Shown: positions 35,524-44,791 of the stretch, one piece after another | How the letters are laid out: each line of letters begins with the position of its first letter | How positions within the stretch are numbered: position 1 is the first letter of the stretch | From: a virus | Reading direction: 5' to 3' (one strand) | IMG/VR virus record: IMGVR_UViG_3300017917_003565 | Span: 32,001 to 96,000 of that record | Length of the DNA: 64,000 nucleotides | The notes under the pieces: generated by a model | The model's input: only the letters and a program-made list of their open reading frames with translations | The model's database searches: none | What the model was told of the DNA's origin: nothing | Made by a program: the position numbers and the translations under genes

Positions 35524-35870
35524 CTTTTCTGTGGGGGTTTAGGCAGTTGTGGGAGATTTTTCCAGTGTTCGATCCACCGTTGCTGATCCTCTAACTGGCG
35601 TTGTTGTGCTTCGTTCATCCGGCGTAATTCGTTGACATGATCTCGCTGTTCGTGTTGTGCCTGTGCCACGCGATCGATCTTTTGGTCCATGTAGTTTACA
35701 CGCTGTTCCATAAGACCCAGGCGCTCTTTGAAATAATCTACATCGTGACCGCGGCTGGCTGCTATAGCGTACAGTATCACCACCATTGCCAACAACATGG
35801 TACACAACATCCAGGCCACTTGAGCTCGCTCATCCGCAGTCATGTCAGACCATACACGAAAAGGGTTCAT
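35520..35870 (-). CDS. Membrane-anchored coiled-coil protein
   Basis: One TM helix followed by a coiled coil. Confidence 0.6.
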   Translation of the reverse strand: MNPFRVWSDMTADERAQVAWMLCTMLLAMVVILYAIAASRGHDVDYFKERLGLMEQRVNYMDQKIDRVAQAQHEQRDHVNELRRMNEAQQRQLEDQQRWIEHWKNLPQLPKPPQKR

Positions 35871-36028
35871 GCTCTGGGCCTCGCTTCACACCATACCAGG
35901 TATCGGCTACCACTCTGCCGGGCCGCGGCATTGTAGATACGCACCTTATCTTCACACTGCGCTTGGGTGACAAAAGTATCAACATCTATGGCCCAGCCGT
36001 TCATGAACAAGACGAATATCCAGGCCAC
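35867..36028 (-). CDS. Small protein (53 aa)
   Basis: GTG start after GGAGG; F.T...CE ... WC. Confidence 0.5.
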   Translation of the reverse strand: MAWIFVLFMNGWAIDVDTFVTQAQCEDKVRIYNAAARQSGSRYLVWCEARPRA

Positions 36029-36864
36029 TACATCCTCCAATCCAGATCCAGGTCGGCGATCTGGCCATCGGGTATGTGGTTTATCATCAGGCTCCGTGCT
36101 TCTTCTATCCTGGCCTGCTTGGTGCGAGATCCCAGGACCACTATGACGAATATCTGGCGATCGCGTTCCACTACCATGGCCACGCACCAGCCCGCGGGAG
36201 TAGTGTATCCGGTCTTGGATACCACGATGCTATCAAACTCTAGCAATAGGTTTCGATTGGTGTTGGGCAGTTCTATGGTACGGATCTTCTGCCCGTGATG
36301 TGTTTCGAATGTGGCCTGGCGTGCTGTGCTTGCTTCACGGATCAAGGGATAAGTGGCCGCGGCCAAGATCATTTCCGTGACTTCGCCGGCCGTGCTGACA
36401 TTACCCGAACTCAAGCCCGAGGGATCCACGAACTTGGTGGTCGATAATTTTAGTGCTCGTGCCCGGCTATTCATGGCCTTAATAAATGCCTCTCTGCCTC
36501 CGGGGTAATCTGCGGCCAGTGTCTCTGCGGCCGCATTGTCCGAGCGTACCAGCATGGCTGCCAGTAAATCTCTGCGGCTGTATTCTTGCCGAGGAAGGTT
36601 ACTTTTCACAGGAGTTATCAACCGTACCTTGGTATTCAAATATCGATGGTAGTCCAAGTACACCATAGCCGTCATGATCTTGGTTATCGATGCTATGGAC
36701 CGCTGTTGCGTGATATTGTTGCCCATGACTATATCGTCACTGCTCTTATTATACACTATCACGGCGCCCGCAGGTGTTTTTTGCCCCACAGTCAAAGCGG
36801 CCATAGTTCCAGGGTTGGCCCAGGCCGCGGTCGTGAACAAAAAGAAAGCGATAAAAATACGCAT
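36028..36864 (-). CDS. D-alanyl-D-alanine endo/carboxypeptidase (peptidase S11, PBP7-like)
   Basis: Signal peptide; SITK, SDN and KTG catalytic motifs; F.DPSGL. Confidence 0.9.
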   Translation of the reverse strand: MRIFIAFFLFTTAAWANPGTMAALTVGQKTPAGAVIVYNKSSDDIVMGNNITQQRSIASITKIMTAMVYLDYHRYLNTKVRLITPVKSNLPRQEYSRRDLLAAMLVRSDNAAAETLAADYPGGREAFIKAMNSRARALKLSTTKFVDPSGLSSGNVSTAGEVTEMILAAATYPLIREASTARQATFETHHGQKIRTIELPNTNRNLLLEFDSIVVSKTGYTTPAGWCVAMVVERDRQIFVIVVLGSRTKQARIEEARSLMINHIPDGQIADLDLDWRM

Positions 36865-36962
36865 CTGTTACTTATTCAAAAGTTAAGCCTCACCTTTCCT
36901 ACAAATCATTATTTCACTCCTAGTTTATTCTTAGCCATCCATTCAACATAAATCCGTCCCGT

Positions 36963-37307
36963 TCATGCTGCCGTCCTTTCACGCACATCGGTGTTCAAGT
37001 TAGGCCGCAGTTCGCGGATCAGAGCACGCTCGACCTGATGTGCCGCACTCTTGCCACGCACCACTGACACGATGCTGTAAGCGAAAGCACCAGGGCCACG
37101 ATCACGCAGGGCTTCGTACAGGGCCCAACTCTTGTCTTCGGTGCGTGAGCGATACAGATGTTTATTCATACGCACACGGACTGACTTCAGCACCGTGGAT
37201 TCGGTCTTGGCAGTGACGCCGATGTAGAAATCTGTGCCCGACACGATCTTGTAAACGATGTGGGTACGATCTACTCGTTTTTTGCGGGATGTTTTTTTAC
37301 TATGCAT
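36963..37307 (-). CDS. GIY-YIG-like endonuclease
   Basis: IVY.I.....FYIG.T ... R...H ... E..LI....P.LN. Confidence 0.7.
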   Translation of the reverse strand: MHSKKTSRKKRVDRTHIVYKIVSGTDFYIGVTAKTESTVLKSVRVRMNKHLYRSRTEDKSWALYEALRDRGPGAFAYSIVSVVRGKSAAHQVERALIRELRPNLNTDVRERTAA

Positions 37308-37313
37308 ACCCAT

Positions 37314-37400
37314 ATTATAGCAAAATGGGTTTTTTTGGTCAATCTGGACAGGTAAATGCTCACTAACCTATTGTTTTTGCTAAGTTAGTGCTTGCTTACC
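37314..37400 (-). promoter_or_regulatory. Early promoter plus two palindromic boxes
   Basis: TTGACC-17-TATAAT; GGTAAATGCTCACTAACC (37351-37368) and AGTTAGTGCTTGCTTACC (37383-37400). Confidence 0.75.
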
Positions 37401-37864
37401 TAACTGTAAATCCAGCCCAGATTTTGTATTTTGTGTATCCACGTAAACACCGGAACATCAAATGTCAAGGTCCACTTACCGTTCCACCCCAGGTAACTTT
37501 GATTGGTCAACTGTTGCTGAAGTGCGACTCCACGTGATCGTTGCTCTTGGATCCAGAGTTTAGGATATCGAGGTTCATATACTCCGGCCCACACAAACTT
37601 GGGATCACTGATGCCAAAGAAACTCACGTTGTTGATAATCACAGCCTTGTCAAGATTGTGTTCTGGCACGGTGTCGTGATCGCGTTTGTTCAAAAACTCC
37701 ACTGTGAGATCACAGGGTTTATCGGATTCGAATTCAAACTCCAATGTGGCAGGTCTTGTGAGATCTCTTTCGCGCCGATCATCATTTACTGCCACACATA
37801 TACGAGGTGGTTCGGAATGCCAAACCGGCACAAGAGTGATTGCAAGTTTAACTGGATGTTTCAT
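37400..37864 (-). CDS. Hypothetical protein
   Basis: YLGWNG.W.L.F..PVF.W.H motif; overlaps the radical SAM gene. Confidence 0.6.
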   Translation of the reverse strand: MKHPVKLAITLVPVWHSEPPRICVAVNDDRRERDLTRPATLEFEFESDKPCDLTVEFLNKRDHDTVPEHNLDKAVIINNVSFFGISDPKFVWAGVYEPRYPKLWIQEQRSRGVALQQQLTNQSYLGWNGKWTLTFDVPVFTWIHKIQNLGWIYS

Positions 37865-39173
37865 AGTTGTATTTTTGCAACAACTCATGGAATTCTGGAT
37901 ACAGCGTCCTGGCATTATAGCCATACACGCGATCCCAACGTTCACAATGACGTACCATGGTTTCGAGTTGTGTTTCACTGTCTGGGGGTGTTGGAGTGGT
38001 CAAAACATTCACGCACATCTCGATCTGTTGTTTGATTACCTGTTGATAGTTATTAGGATCGCTGGCATTGTAATCGCCCACAGAAGTCACAGCAGACAGT
38101 CTGTGTTGCAACTTCGAATATTTCTGTAGGTATTGTTTCTTTATGGACTCGGGCAAGATTTCTGCAGACAAAAATCTCGGGTTATAACAGAGATTGCTCT
38201 TCACTATCAACTGTTGGGTGAGAGCAAAATCCAACAGACCCGGATAATATCCAATGGTCAGTAGACTGGGCGCCGGACGCAGAGTCACTGTAATATTGGA
38301 ACCATTGCAATGGGCTTGATATTGTTGTATATTAGACAGTACCAAAGCAGTATCAGTGCCTTGACGTTGGTAGGCATTGTGCTCATCCACGGTCTCTATA
38401 CTGATCTCCATGCCCACTCTGCGAAATCGTTTGAGTTTTTCAATCAACTGAGGACGAAACACTGTACCATTGGTCACAAAACTAAAACAAAGGTCGAATC
38501 TTTCATGCTGAATCATGAAATCTATCAAATCTTCAAGTCTAGGAGTCAACAAGGTTTCACCGCCCATGAAATGAATGTTGTTGAGGCCAGGTAGATCTAA
38601 TAACTGTTGTTTGAAACTGTTCCACACTTCGAGATTCTGTGTCCAGTCAGTGCCTAGATATTCGCGACTGGCATCAATGCCCCAACGTACCTCTTGACTG
38701 GCTATCACGCTGCTGGCTTGGGCATTACACATCTTACAGGCTAGATTACAGTAGTTGCCAAGATCGATGTGCAGGTCAATAGGTGTAGTAGTGGTGTATC
38801 CGTGATTGTTGGCGCTGTAAACAAACTTGGCGTGCCCGGGACTCTGTTGGAAACTGTCATTGAATGCAGACCTAGTGAAGATCACACTTTTCTGATTACT
38901 TTTGTGTCGACGACTGTTGCCATCGTGCGATTCTTCAATGTAACACCGTTGACACAACGACAATGGTGTGGTCGCCAGTATATTGGTTCTGAAATCACGC
39001 ACAGGTTCACTGTTAAACCAATCCTGTATGCTCATACGAGCAATATTGTACTGAGTGTGGCCAGGCTGATACAACTTATGTGCTTCTTGGCAACAAATCC
39101 CTAGGTCACCGTTCCAATAAATGTGTAACTCGTACCAGGGTGTGTTGCAAAATATGTGTTGATTAGGCGTCAC
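37848..39173 (-). CDS. Radical SAM protein with N-terminal SPASM/twitch-like Cys cluster
   Basis: [16 protein letters not shown]; N-terminal FCNTPW ... CC ... CQRC. Confidence 0.88.
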   Translation of the reverse strand: MTPNQHIFCNTPWYELHIYWNGDLGICCQEAHKLYQPGHTQYNIARMSIQDWFNSEPVRDFRTNILATTPLSLCQRCYIEESHDGNSRRHKSNQKSVIFTRSAFNDSFQQSPGHAKFVYSANNHGYTTTTPIDLHIDLGNYCNLACKMCNAQASSVIASQEVRWGIDASREYLGTDWTQNLEVWNSFKQQLLDLPGLNNIHFMGGETLLTPRLEDLIDFMIQHERFDLCFSFVTNGTVFRPQLIEKLKRFRRVGMEISIETVDEHNAYQRQGTDTALVLSNIQQYQAHCNGSNITVTLRPAPSLLTIGYYPGLLDFALTQQLIVKSNLCYNPRFLSAEILPESIKKQYLQKYSKLQHRLSAVTSVGDYNASDPNNYQQVIKQQIEMCVNVLTTPTPPDSETQLETMVRHCERWDRVYGYNARTLYPEFHELLQKYNYETSS

Positions 39174-39759
39174 GCTTGGATATCACTCGGTCCGCCAGGC
39201 CATAGGTCACAGCTTCCTCTGCGCTCATGAAAAAATCACGTTCCATGTCACGAGCAAAATCATCATAGGTTTTGCCTGCGGTGTTATGTGTGACATAGAT
39301 TTCTGTGAGATAACGTTTCATTTTCAAGATTTCTCGGGCTTGGATTTCAATATCAGTGGCCTGTCCTTCGGCACCACCACTGGGTTGATGGATCATATTG
39401 CGTGAGTGCGGCAACATAAATCTCTTGCCTGCGGCACCGGCTGTGGCCAGCAATGACCCCATGCTACAGGCCTGCCCCATAACGATAGTTGACACATCGC
39501 AACGAACATATTGCATGGTATCATAGATGCTCATACCTGCGGTGACTGATCCTCCAGGACTATTGATGTAAAACAAGATATCGCGATCAGGATCTTCGGC
39601 CTCCAAAAACAGCATCTGTGCCACTATCAAACTGGCGCTGTGATTGTTGACATCCGAATCTAGCATAACGATACGGTCACGCAAAAGTCTGCTGTAGATA
39701 TCATAACTGCGTTCACCTTTTGAGGTCTGTTCTACGACCATGGGGATTAGACTGGGCAC
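39163..39759 (-). CDS. clpP: ATP-dependent Clp protease proteolytic subunit
   Basis: [24 protein letters not shown] (catalytic Ser), MIHQP, ERD.FMSA.EA..YGL.D. Confidence 0.97.
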   Translation of the reverse strand: MPSLIPMVVEQTSKGERSYDIYSRLLRDRIVMLDSDVNNHSASLIVAQMLFLEAEDPDRDILFYINSPGGSVTAGMSIYDTMQYVRCDVSTIVMGQACSMGSLLATAGAAGKRFMLPHSRNMIHQPSGGAEGQATDIEIQAREILKMKRYLTEIYVTHNTAGKTYDDFARDMERDFFMSAEEAVTYGLADRVISKRDA

Positions 39760-39767
39760 AGGGTTCC

Positions 39768-39965
39768 TTATTTTGTAGGGTTAAAACTGCGCACCACTGA
39801 TTCAGTGATGCTAAGACATACATTTGCTGCAGAATGATAGAACTGGGTCTGAGCATCAATGAGCTTGAGCACTTCTTGTTGCACAGTTTCATCTTTGATC
39901 ATGGATACGACAGCATTGTGTTTGAGTTTTTGCCAGCTGTCAATGTAATAGTGTGGGCCAAACAT
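39768..39965 (-). CDS. Small helical protein, possibly phasin-like
   Basis: IDS.Q..K......IKDE........IDAQT.F; AAGGAG RBS. Confidence 0.45.
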   Translation of the reverse strand: MFGPHYYIDSWQKLKHNAVVSMIKDETVQQEVLKLIDAQTQFYHSAANVCLSITESVVRSFNPTK

Positions 39966-40019
39966 AACTTCTCCTTTGTGGGTTAATGATAAGTATACTA
40001 TATATTCAAAGCAGATACA

Positions 40020-41591
40020 ATGAGAAACTTAATCAATCTAATCACAAAATCCACCCTGACTGAAACATCTCGGGGACTATTGTATCGCTCAAAAGGCGAT
40101 GGATTTTTCCAAGGTTCCAAAGACAATCCCACAGCCGAAATCGTGTTTGACCGAGTGGATTATTTTCCTGGGCAACCCGGAGCCTATGCCAACTATGAAG
40201 AAATGTCTCGGGTTGGACAAGAACTGTTCCGCCAATATCCCAATGTGATCTGGAGCAACAAGCCCACCAATGCCAGCAAGGCCTTTGCTATATTGACGTT
40301 TGATGGTCCTGGCCCAGGACAAAAAACCTATTTTGGTAGATTTTTTTCAGAAATCAAACAGAACATGGCTGGTCTGTGGAAAAACAATGAGTTGCCGGGT
40401 GGGTGGCAACTCAACAAGCAGGTCAGCCTCAAAGGTTCATACTACAAACTCAAGCCCGTGGATCTGTTTCCACAAAACTCAACCTTTGCTACACCAGCTG
40501 ATGCAGTAGCGGCCATGGGCACCAGACCCGGAACCACACCAGACGAGTTGTCCAACATCAACAAGATACGTCCCGGCATGGACCAGTTACTGGGCGGCAA
40601 GTTGCCTACATTTGACAACGTAGGCGAAATGGCCACAGCAGTACGTGATGATCTAGGCGAAACCATTGGACCTATTGCACTGATTCAAGGCATGATCAAC
40701 TCCGGTGGTGCTGAAGCTGCCAGAAAAGATATACTAGGCGACCGTGGAAGTTTTTCAGGTAGCGCCATAAACTTTCCAGCGGCCAAAAACAACGGCCTAG
40801 TAGACAGTTATCTGTTGCATCCGTCGGGCATAGAAATTGGTATTTCTAGCAAAGGCGAAAAAGGTGCATCTGCATCAGTCAAAAACATTGCCGATGGTAT
40901 CGCGACCGCAAGAGAAAAGGGCATGAACAAACTGTTAAAACAGTATGCTCCACAGGTGGATGTGATTGAGAAAGTAGGAACCTTGGGGTCCGTGGACTTT
41001 CCTCTGGAGTTTGGTATTGAACAAGGACTGATTGATCCAGCCACAGCCAATACCATCAAACAGTTAATCAAATCAGGTGCCACCACCACAGACAATCCGG
41101 CGGTGTTGGATCTAATGAAAGATATCAAGGCCAAGACTGACAATCCCCGATACAATGCTGGATATCACGCCCTGGCAAGTCTGGCACGCAAAGTAGCGGT
41201 CAACATCAACTCAGATCCCAAGTTTGGCGAAGCTGCGTTGAAGTTCTTGAATACCAGTCCGATTATACAACTTCACCTCAATGGCACCGACAAAGGCGGC
41301 AACTACACTGTAACTGGGTTCACTTCAAAGTATCCTCCAGATTTTAAAGGTACTGTGGGCCTAGATGCTTCAAAAGTCTACGCTGCTACAGGAACCATTG
41401 GACGGGTGAGTTTCAGCTACAACGGTGGCGGTGACAAAGACACAGATGTCGATATTGATATCTCTCCAGCTCGAACTAAAACTCAAGACCTAGATGTAGT
41501 GAGCCAACAAAGAAGCAAGATCAAAGCGGCTCCTGCAGAACCAGAAAAACTAGGAACAGAAAAAACACTAGGACGCAAGCGCCAGCGTTAG
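40020..41591 (+). CDS. Late-expressed hypothetical protein (possible head/internal protein)
   Basis: TAAGTA at 39990-39995; MRNLINLI..STLTE N-terminus; LVDS..ISSK (PD-(D/E)xK-like). Confidence 0.6.
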   Translation: MRNLINLITKSTLTETSRGLLYRSKGDGFFQGSKDNPTAEIVFDRVDYFPGQPGAYANYEEMSRVGQELFRQYPNVIWSNKPTNASKAFAILTFDGPGPGQKTYFGRFFSEIKQNMAGLWKNNELPGGWQLNKQVSLKGSYYKLKPVDLFPQNSTFATPADAVAAMGTRPGTTPDELSNINKIRPGMDQLLGGKLPTFDNVGEMATAVRDDLGETIGPIALIQGMINSGGAEAARKDILGDRGSFSGSAINFPAAKNNGLVDSYLLHPSGIEIGISSKGEKGASASVKNIADGIATAREKGMNKLLKQYAPQVDVIEKVGTLGSVDFPLEFGIEQGLIDPATANTIKQLIKSGATTTDNPAVLDLMKDIKAKTDNPRYNAGYHALASLARKVAVNINSDPKFGEAALKFLNTSPIIQLHLNGTDKGGNYTVTGFTSKYPPDFKGTVGLDASKVYAATGTIGRVSFSYNGGGDKDTDVDIDISPARTKTQDLDVVSQQRSKIKAAPAEPEKLGTEKTLGRKRQR

Positions 41592-42316
41592 TAGGTCAGG
41601 TGTGTGGTGGTCTTGAATGGCCGGCCAATGGCAGCATATTCCAGTTGCTTGATTATTTTCTTCTTCATCTTCTTGACTCGAGCATGGTCATGATCCCAGT
41701 CAAAGGCTTTCAGAAACTTGTGATAACTGGTTTTTTTATGGCGCTTGGATTGCATGCTGTCCATGTAGCGTTTTATGCTTTGTGGTTCATGTCCAAATCT
41801 GTCCACTAGCTCGCAGGCGATGTTGAAACTGAATGCTCCCATTTCATCCCTGTGACCATAGTATTCTTGATCCATGCGTTGTTTGCGATAGTGAGCGGTG
41901 CTTTCATAGCCCGGAATGCATTTGAAGTTACGGCTGCGATACTGGCGCATGTGTATGATCTCGTGCAAGATGGTGTCCGAGAACAACTGGCACAATCGAG
42001 TCCAACGATATTCGGTTAGACGTATTTTTTCATCCAAAGGATGATAGCACAGCAGTATTTCAATGAATCGTGATGTCTGATTGGAATCATAGTCGGCATA
42101 GTAGGTGCCGCCTAGATATATGCACCCTCTTTGTTGCGTGTAGTCGTTTTGTCTACGAACCACTCGCACCGGTAGATGAGATTTTATGTGACGGCTGAGG
42201 ATCTTTTGCAGATCTTTGACAGCCATACGCTTGCCAACCACATCACGCCCTGCTGAATAGAGCATGCTGTAGAGGTTTTCGCGATCTAGTAGACTCCAGT
42301 TAAAGTCCGGGCGCAT
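41588..42316 (-). CDS. HEXXH zincin-like protein
   Basis: ILHEIIH.RQ ... YY...DE..A; TAAATA at 42340-42345. Confidence 0.6.
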   Translation of the reverse strand: MRPDFNWSLLDRENLYSMLYSAGRDVVGKRMAVKDLQKILSRHIKSHLPVRVVRRQNDYTQQRGCIYLGGTYYADYDSNQTSRFIEILLCYHPLDEKIRLTEYRWTRLCQLFSDTILHEIIHMRQYRSRNFKCIPGYESTAHYRKQRMDQEYYGHRDEMGAFSFNIACELVDRFGHEPQSIKRYMDSMQSKRHKKTSYHKFLKAFDWDHDHARVKKMKKKIIKQLEYAAIGRPFKTTTHLTY

Positions 42317-42359
42317 TTCGGGTCTCCGATTGTACCCAGTATTTAGCGCAAAAAGTCGT

Positions 42360-42386
42360 AAAAAAGCCCGGAAAACTCCGGGCTGG
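42360..42386 (-). terminator. Intrinsic terminator
   Basis: AGCCCGG-AGTTTT-CCGGGCT-TTTTT. Confidence 0.8.
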
Positions 42387-42404
42387 GTGCTGACGCGGTG
42401 TAGA

Positions 42405-42671
42405 TTACACAGCCGCTTTGGCAGCTTTTTGTACAGACTTGACAAATGCTTCTGTGGAGTCTTTGGTTACTTTTTCCACGGTCTGGGCATATTCAGTCAC
42501 GCTGGCAGCAGTAGCACGTACAAAGCCAAACTGTGCCTTGCTGATGGTCTGAGCGGAATCACGCACTTGCTCGGGCAAATAAGTGATCAAGCTGGTAGCA
42601 CCTTTTTCCATGTTGTCGATAGCCACGGTAAGGTCAAATAGTTTTGTGAAGTCGATTTTGTTGAAATCCAT
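42405..42671 (-). CDS. Phasin-like amphipathic protein
   Basis: 88 aa; MDFNK.DF.K.FD N-terminus, Ala/Lys-rich C-terminus; ROSE-like leader and TTGC-AAC-GCAA box upstream. Confidence 0.5.
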   Translation of the reverse strand: MDFNKIDFTKLFDLTVAIDNMEKGATSLITYLPEQVRDSAQTISKAQFGFVRATAASVTEYAQTVEKVTKDSTEAFVKSVQKAAKAAV

Positions 42672-42788
42672 TTTAGTTTCCTTTTCAAATAAGCGAAATT
42701 TAAAGTTTCTACTGCCCGGCCTATCCAGCACAGTATTTCTTTAACAACTTTATTTATCAAGTTTAACAGATTTTATATTGCAACGCAA
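42672..42788 (-). promoter_or_regulatory. ROSE-like leader, late promoter and PhaR-like box
   Basis: TTCGCTT..AAAGGA; hairpin TACTGTGCTGG..CCGGGCAGTA; TAAATA at 42751-42756; TTGCAACGCAA at 42778-42788. Confidence 0.55.
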
Positions 42789-42810
42789 CATTTTTTAGTA
42801 CCTTTTTAGG

Positions 42811-43527
42811 CTATTTTGGAGAAATTGACCTTGGTCGAGCCAGCCCAAAAAACTCTAGTATGCGTATGTACATCCATCCTATATCAAATTCTCCTGGGCG
42901 TTTGCTGAACTTGGCGCTGGCGCCATCGCCGTGATGATTGTTATGCAGTTCTTCTCCACCAATCCATACAGCCCAAGGCCATAGATTGCGACTAGTATCT
43001 TTAACATCATAGTTGCGATAACCCCACCAATGTGCAGCACCATTGATAACTCCTGCTGCCCAGAACGGAATCCAGATCATCTGCACCAACCAGATCCAAA
43101 ATCCCCAACCACCAAAAACGGCTAAGTTTATGGCCAACATCAAAAATATACCCATGCGGCTGTGAGGTGTATAAAGTTTTTCTTCGATCCAGTCTGTGGG
43201 TGTGCCGTGCCCTAGTTCCTGTATCATGATCCTGTTGCGTGATGCTTTGATATACAAAAACGTTCCACCAAACAGCACACGCCATATTCCGTGCTGTTTG
43301 GGACTGTGCGGATCTGCTTCTGTGTCAGCAGCCTGATGATGTTTGCGATGTATGGCCACCCACTCACGGGTGATCATGCCAGTGGTCAGCCATAGCCAAA
43401 AACGCATGAAATGTGTTACCGCAGGATGGAAGCTCACTGCACGATGCGCCTGGCTACGGTGTAGATACAGTGTAACACAAGCTATGGTGATTTGAACCAT
43501 CACCAGGGTATAGATTAATTCAGTCAT
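42811..43527 (-). CDS. desA: Acyl-CoA/lipid delta-9 fatty acid desaturase
   Basis: His boxes LHRSQAH, HRKHH, ELHNNHH; DPHSP; EFDIGW. Confidence 0.92.
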   Translation of the reverse strand: MTELIYTLVMVQITIACVTLYLHRSQAHRAVSFHPAVTHFMRFWLWLTTGMITREWVAIHRKHHQAADTEADPHSPKQHGIWRVLFGGTFLYIKASRNRIMIQELGHGTPTDWIEEKLYTPHSRMGIFLMLAINLAVFGGWGFWIWLVQMIWIPFWAAGVINGAAHWWGYRNYDVKDTSRNLWPWAVWIGGEELHNNHHGDGASAKFSKRPGEFDIGWMYIRILEFFGLARPRSISPK

Positions 43528-43530
43528 ATA

Positions 43531-44082
43531 TTACTTAGCTGGGATCCAGTTGGCGGACAACAGCCGTGTCCAAATATTGCGATTGACTGTCACAAACTCT
43601 TTGCCCACAGAAATCACCGATGGTGGCGGCAACGGTACGTCTACCTCGCCAGATCCTTGATAATGTTGCACTTCTAGTCCGTATTTTTGGCATAGATGTT
43701 TCACTGGTTGATTCCAGCTCAAACAATGCAGATACAGCCTACGATAACCACGATTTTGTACCCAGGTCACAGATTCGTCCATGAGACGGTCTGCGATGCC
43801 TTGCCCTCGATATGCTGGATCTACTATGATGCCAAACTCCACATCAGACTCTCCATGGGTGGCCATGTGCAACACCCCTACCCAACGATCATTGTGATCG
43901 CTAGCCACCAAAAAATAGTGTCGATCTGGCGTCTGGAGTATGCGTGACACTAGATTCTTGATAAATCCTTGAGATGCCAGCACTCCAAAATAGTTTTTCA
44001 GCGTGTCCGCGCTCTGCCGAGACAACCAGGTCTCATACTCCTGGTAACGGTCCTGAGGCAACAACATCGTAGTGACTACCAT
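43531..44082 (-). CDS. GNAT family acetyltransferase
   Basis: EFG..V...YRGQGIA, L.LHCL..N..V.HL..K.G. Confidence 0.85.
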   Translation of the reverse strand: MVVTTMLLPQDRYQEYETWLSRQSADTLKNYFGVLASQGFIKNLVSRILQTPDRHYFLVASDHNDRWVGVLHMATHGESDVEFGIIVDPAYRGQGIADRLMDESVTWVQNRGYRRLYLHCLSWNQPVKHLCQKYGLEVQHYQGSGEVDVPLPPPSVISVGKEFVTVNRNIWTRLLSANWIPAK

Positions 44083-44210
44083 TATTTTTTATAATGATCC
44101 TGGGCTCGTTTCCATTGCTGGTTGCGTGCCAGGTGTGCTGCATAGCTGGCATGGGTCAACATCTCCATGAAATCCAAAATACCCTTGATTGTTTTCTTTA
44201 AAACTGTCAT
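44082..44210 (-). CDS. Small protein (42 aa)
   Basis: AAGGA RBS; ...ASYAAHLARNQQWKRA; leader hairpin 44229-44257; TATAAATA at 44257-44264; TGC-N4-GCA box at 44268-44277. Confidence 0.6.
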   Translation of the reverse strand: MTVLKKTIKGILDFMEMLTHASYAAHLARNQQWKRAQDHYKK

Positions 44211-44328
44211 GTTTGTTCCTTGTTGTTCGGTAGAAACCTCTCATGGTTTCTACTGATATTTATATGTTGCACCCGCACATAATAACGAAACATAACGATG
44301 GCCGCGATAAATACCACACAAGGAGATC

Positions 44329-44502
44329 ATGATGTTATCATTTCTTAAAAAGTTTTTTGGTACTAAACCTTCGGTAAATCCCTGCGGTGATGCACCTTAC
44401 AAGGTAGAAACTGTGGAAGCTAAACCTGTTGCGCCCAAAAAGTCCCCAGCCAAACCCCGCTCAACCCAGAAACCTCGTAGTTCAAAAACTAAGAAACAAT
44501 AA
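44329..44502 (+). CDS. Small Lys/Pro-rich protein (57 aa)
   Basis: TAAATA at 44308-44313, AAGGAG RBS; MLSFLKKFFG...APYKVE..PKK.PAKPR. Confidence 0.65.
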   Translation: MMLSFLKKFFGTKPSVNPCGDAPYKVETVEAKPVAPKKSPAKPRSTQKPRSSKTKKQ

Positions 44503-44791
44503 AATATCGTATCAGGCCAATACTGTCGATAATGACCAAGAACACAGCATTGGCCAGCAATCCAAAACTCCTGCGAGTCCAACAGGCATAGGCGCTGCAT
44601 ACACACCCAGTGATAAAAATACTGTAGAGTGGTACCACAGGAATGTGTGGCACAGTGATAGCAAATATGATGGCGGATATCACGCTACAGGCCCAGGCTG
44701 TGACTTCCAAACAAAATCTCAAGCGGTTGGATGCCCAGTCGTGACGTACATAAGTGCAGATGTTTTGCACTACTGTTCCAACAAAATCCAT
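44489..44791 (-). CDS. Membrane protein
   Basis: Three TM helices; RF.LE..AW..S ... TR.SFG..AN. Confidence 0.65.
   Translation of the reverse strand: MDFVGTVVQNICTYVRHDWASNRLRFCLEVTAWACSVISAIIFAITVPHIPVVPLYSIFITGCVCSAYACWTRRSFGLLANAVFLVIIDSIGLIRYFIVS

Noticed and set aside
36875-36980. CsrB/RsmZ-like sRNA (several GGA motifs on the minus strand)
   Set aside because: The GGA motifs are not in clear hairpin loops and there is no dedicated promoter or terminator
36963-37307. Intron- or intein-associated homing endonuclease
   Set aside because: It is a free-standing ORF with its own promoter; flanking genes are uninterrupted and no group I core was seen
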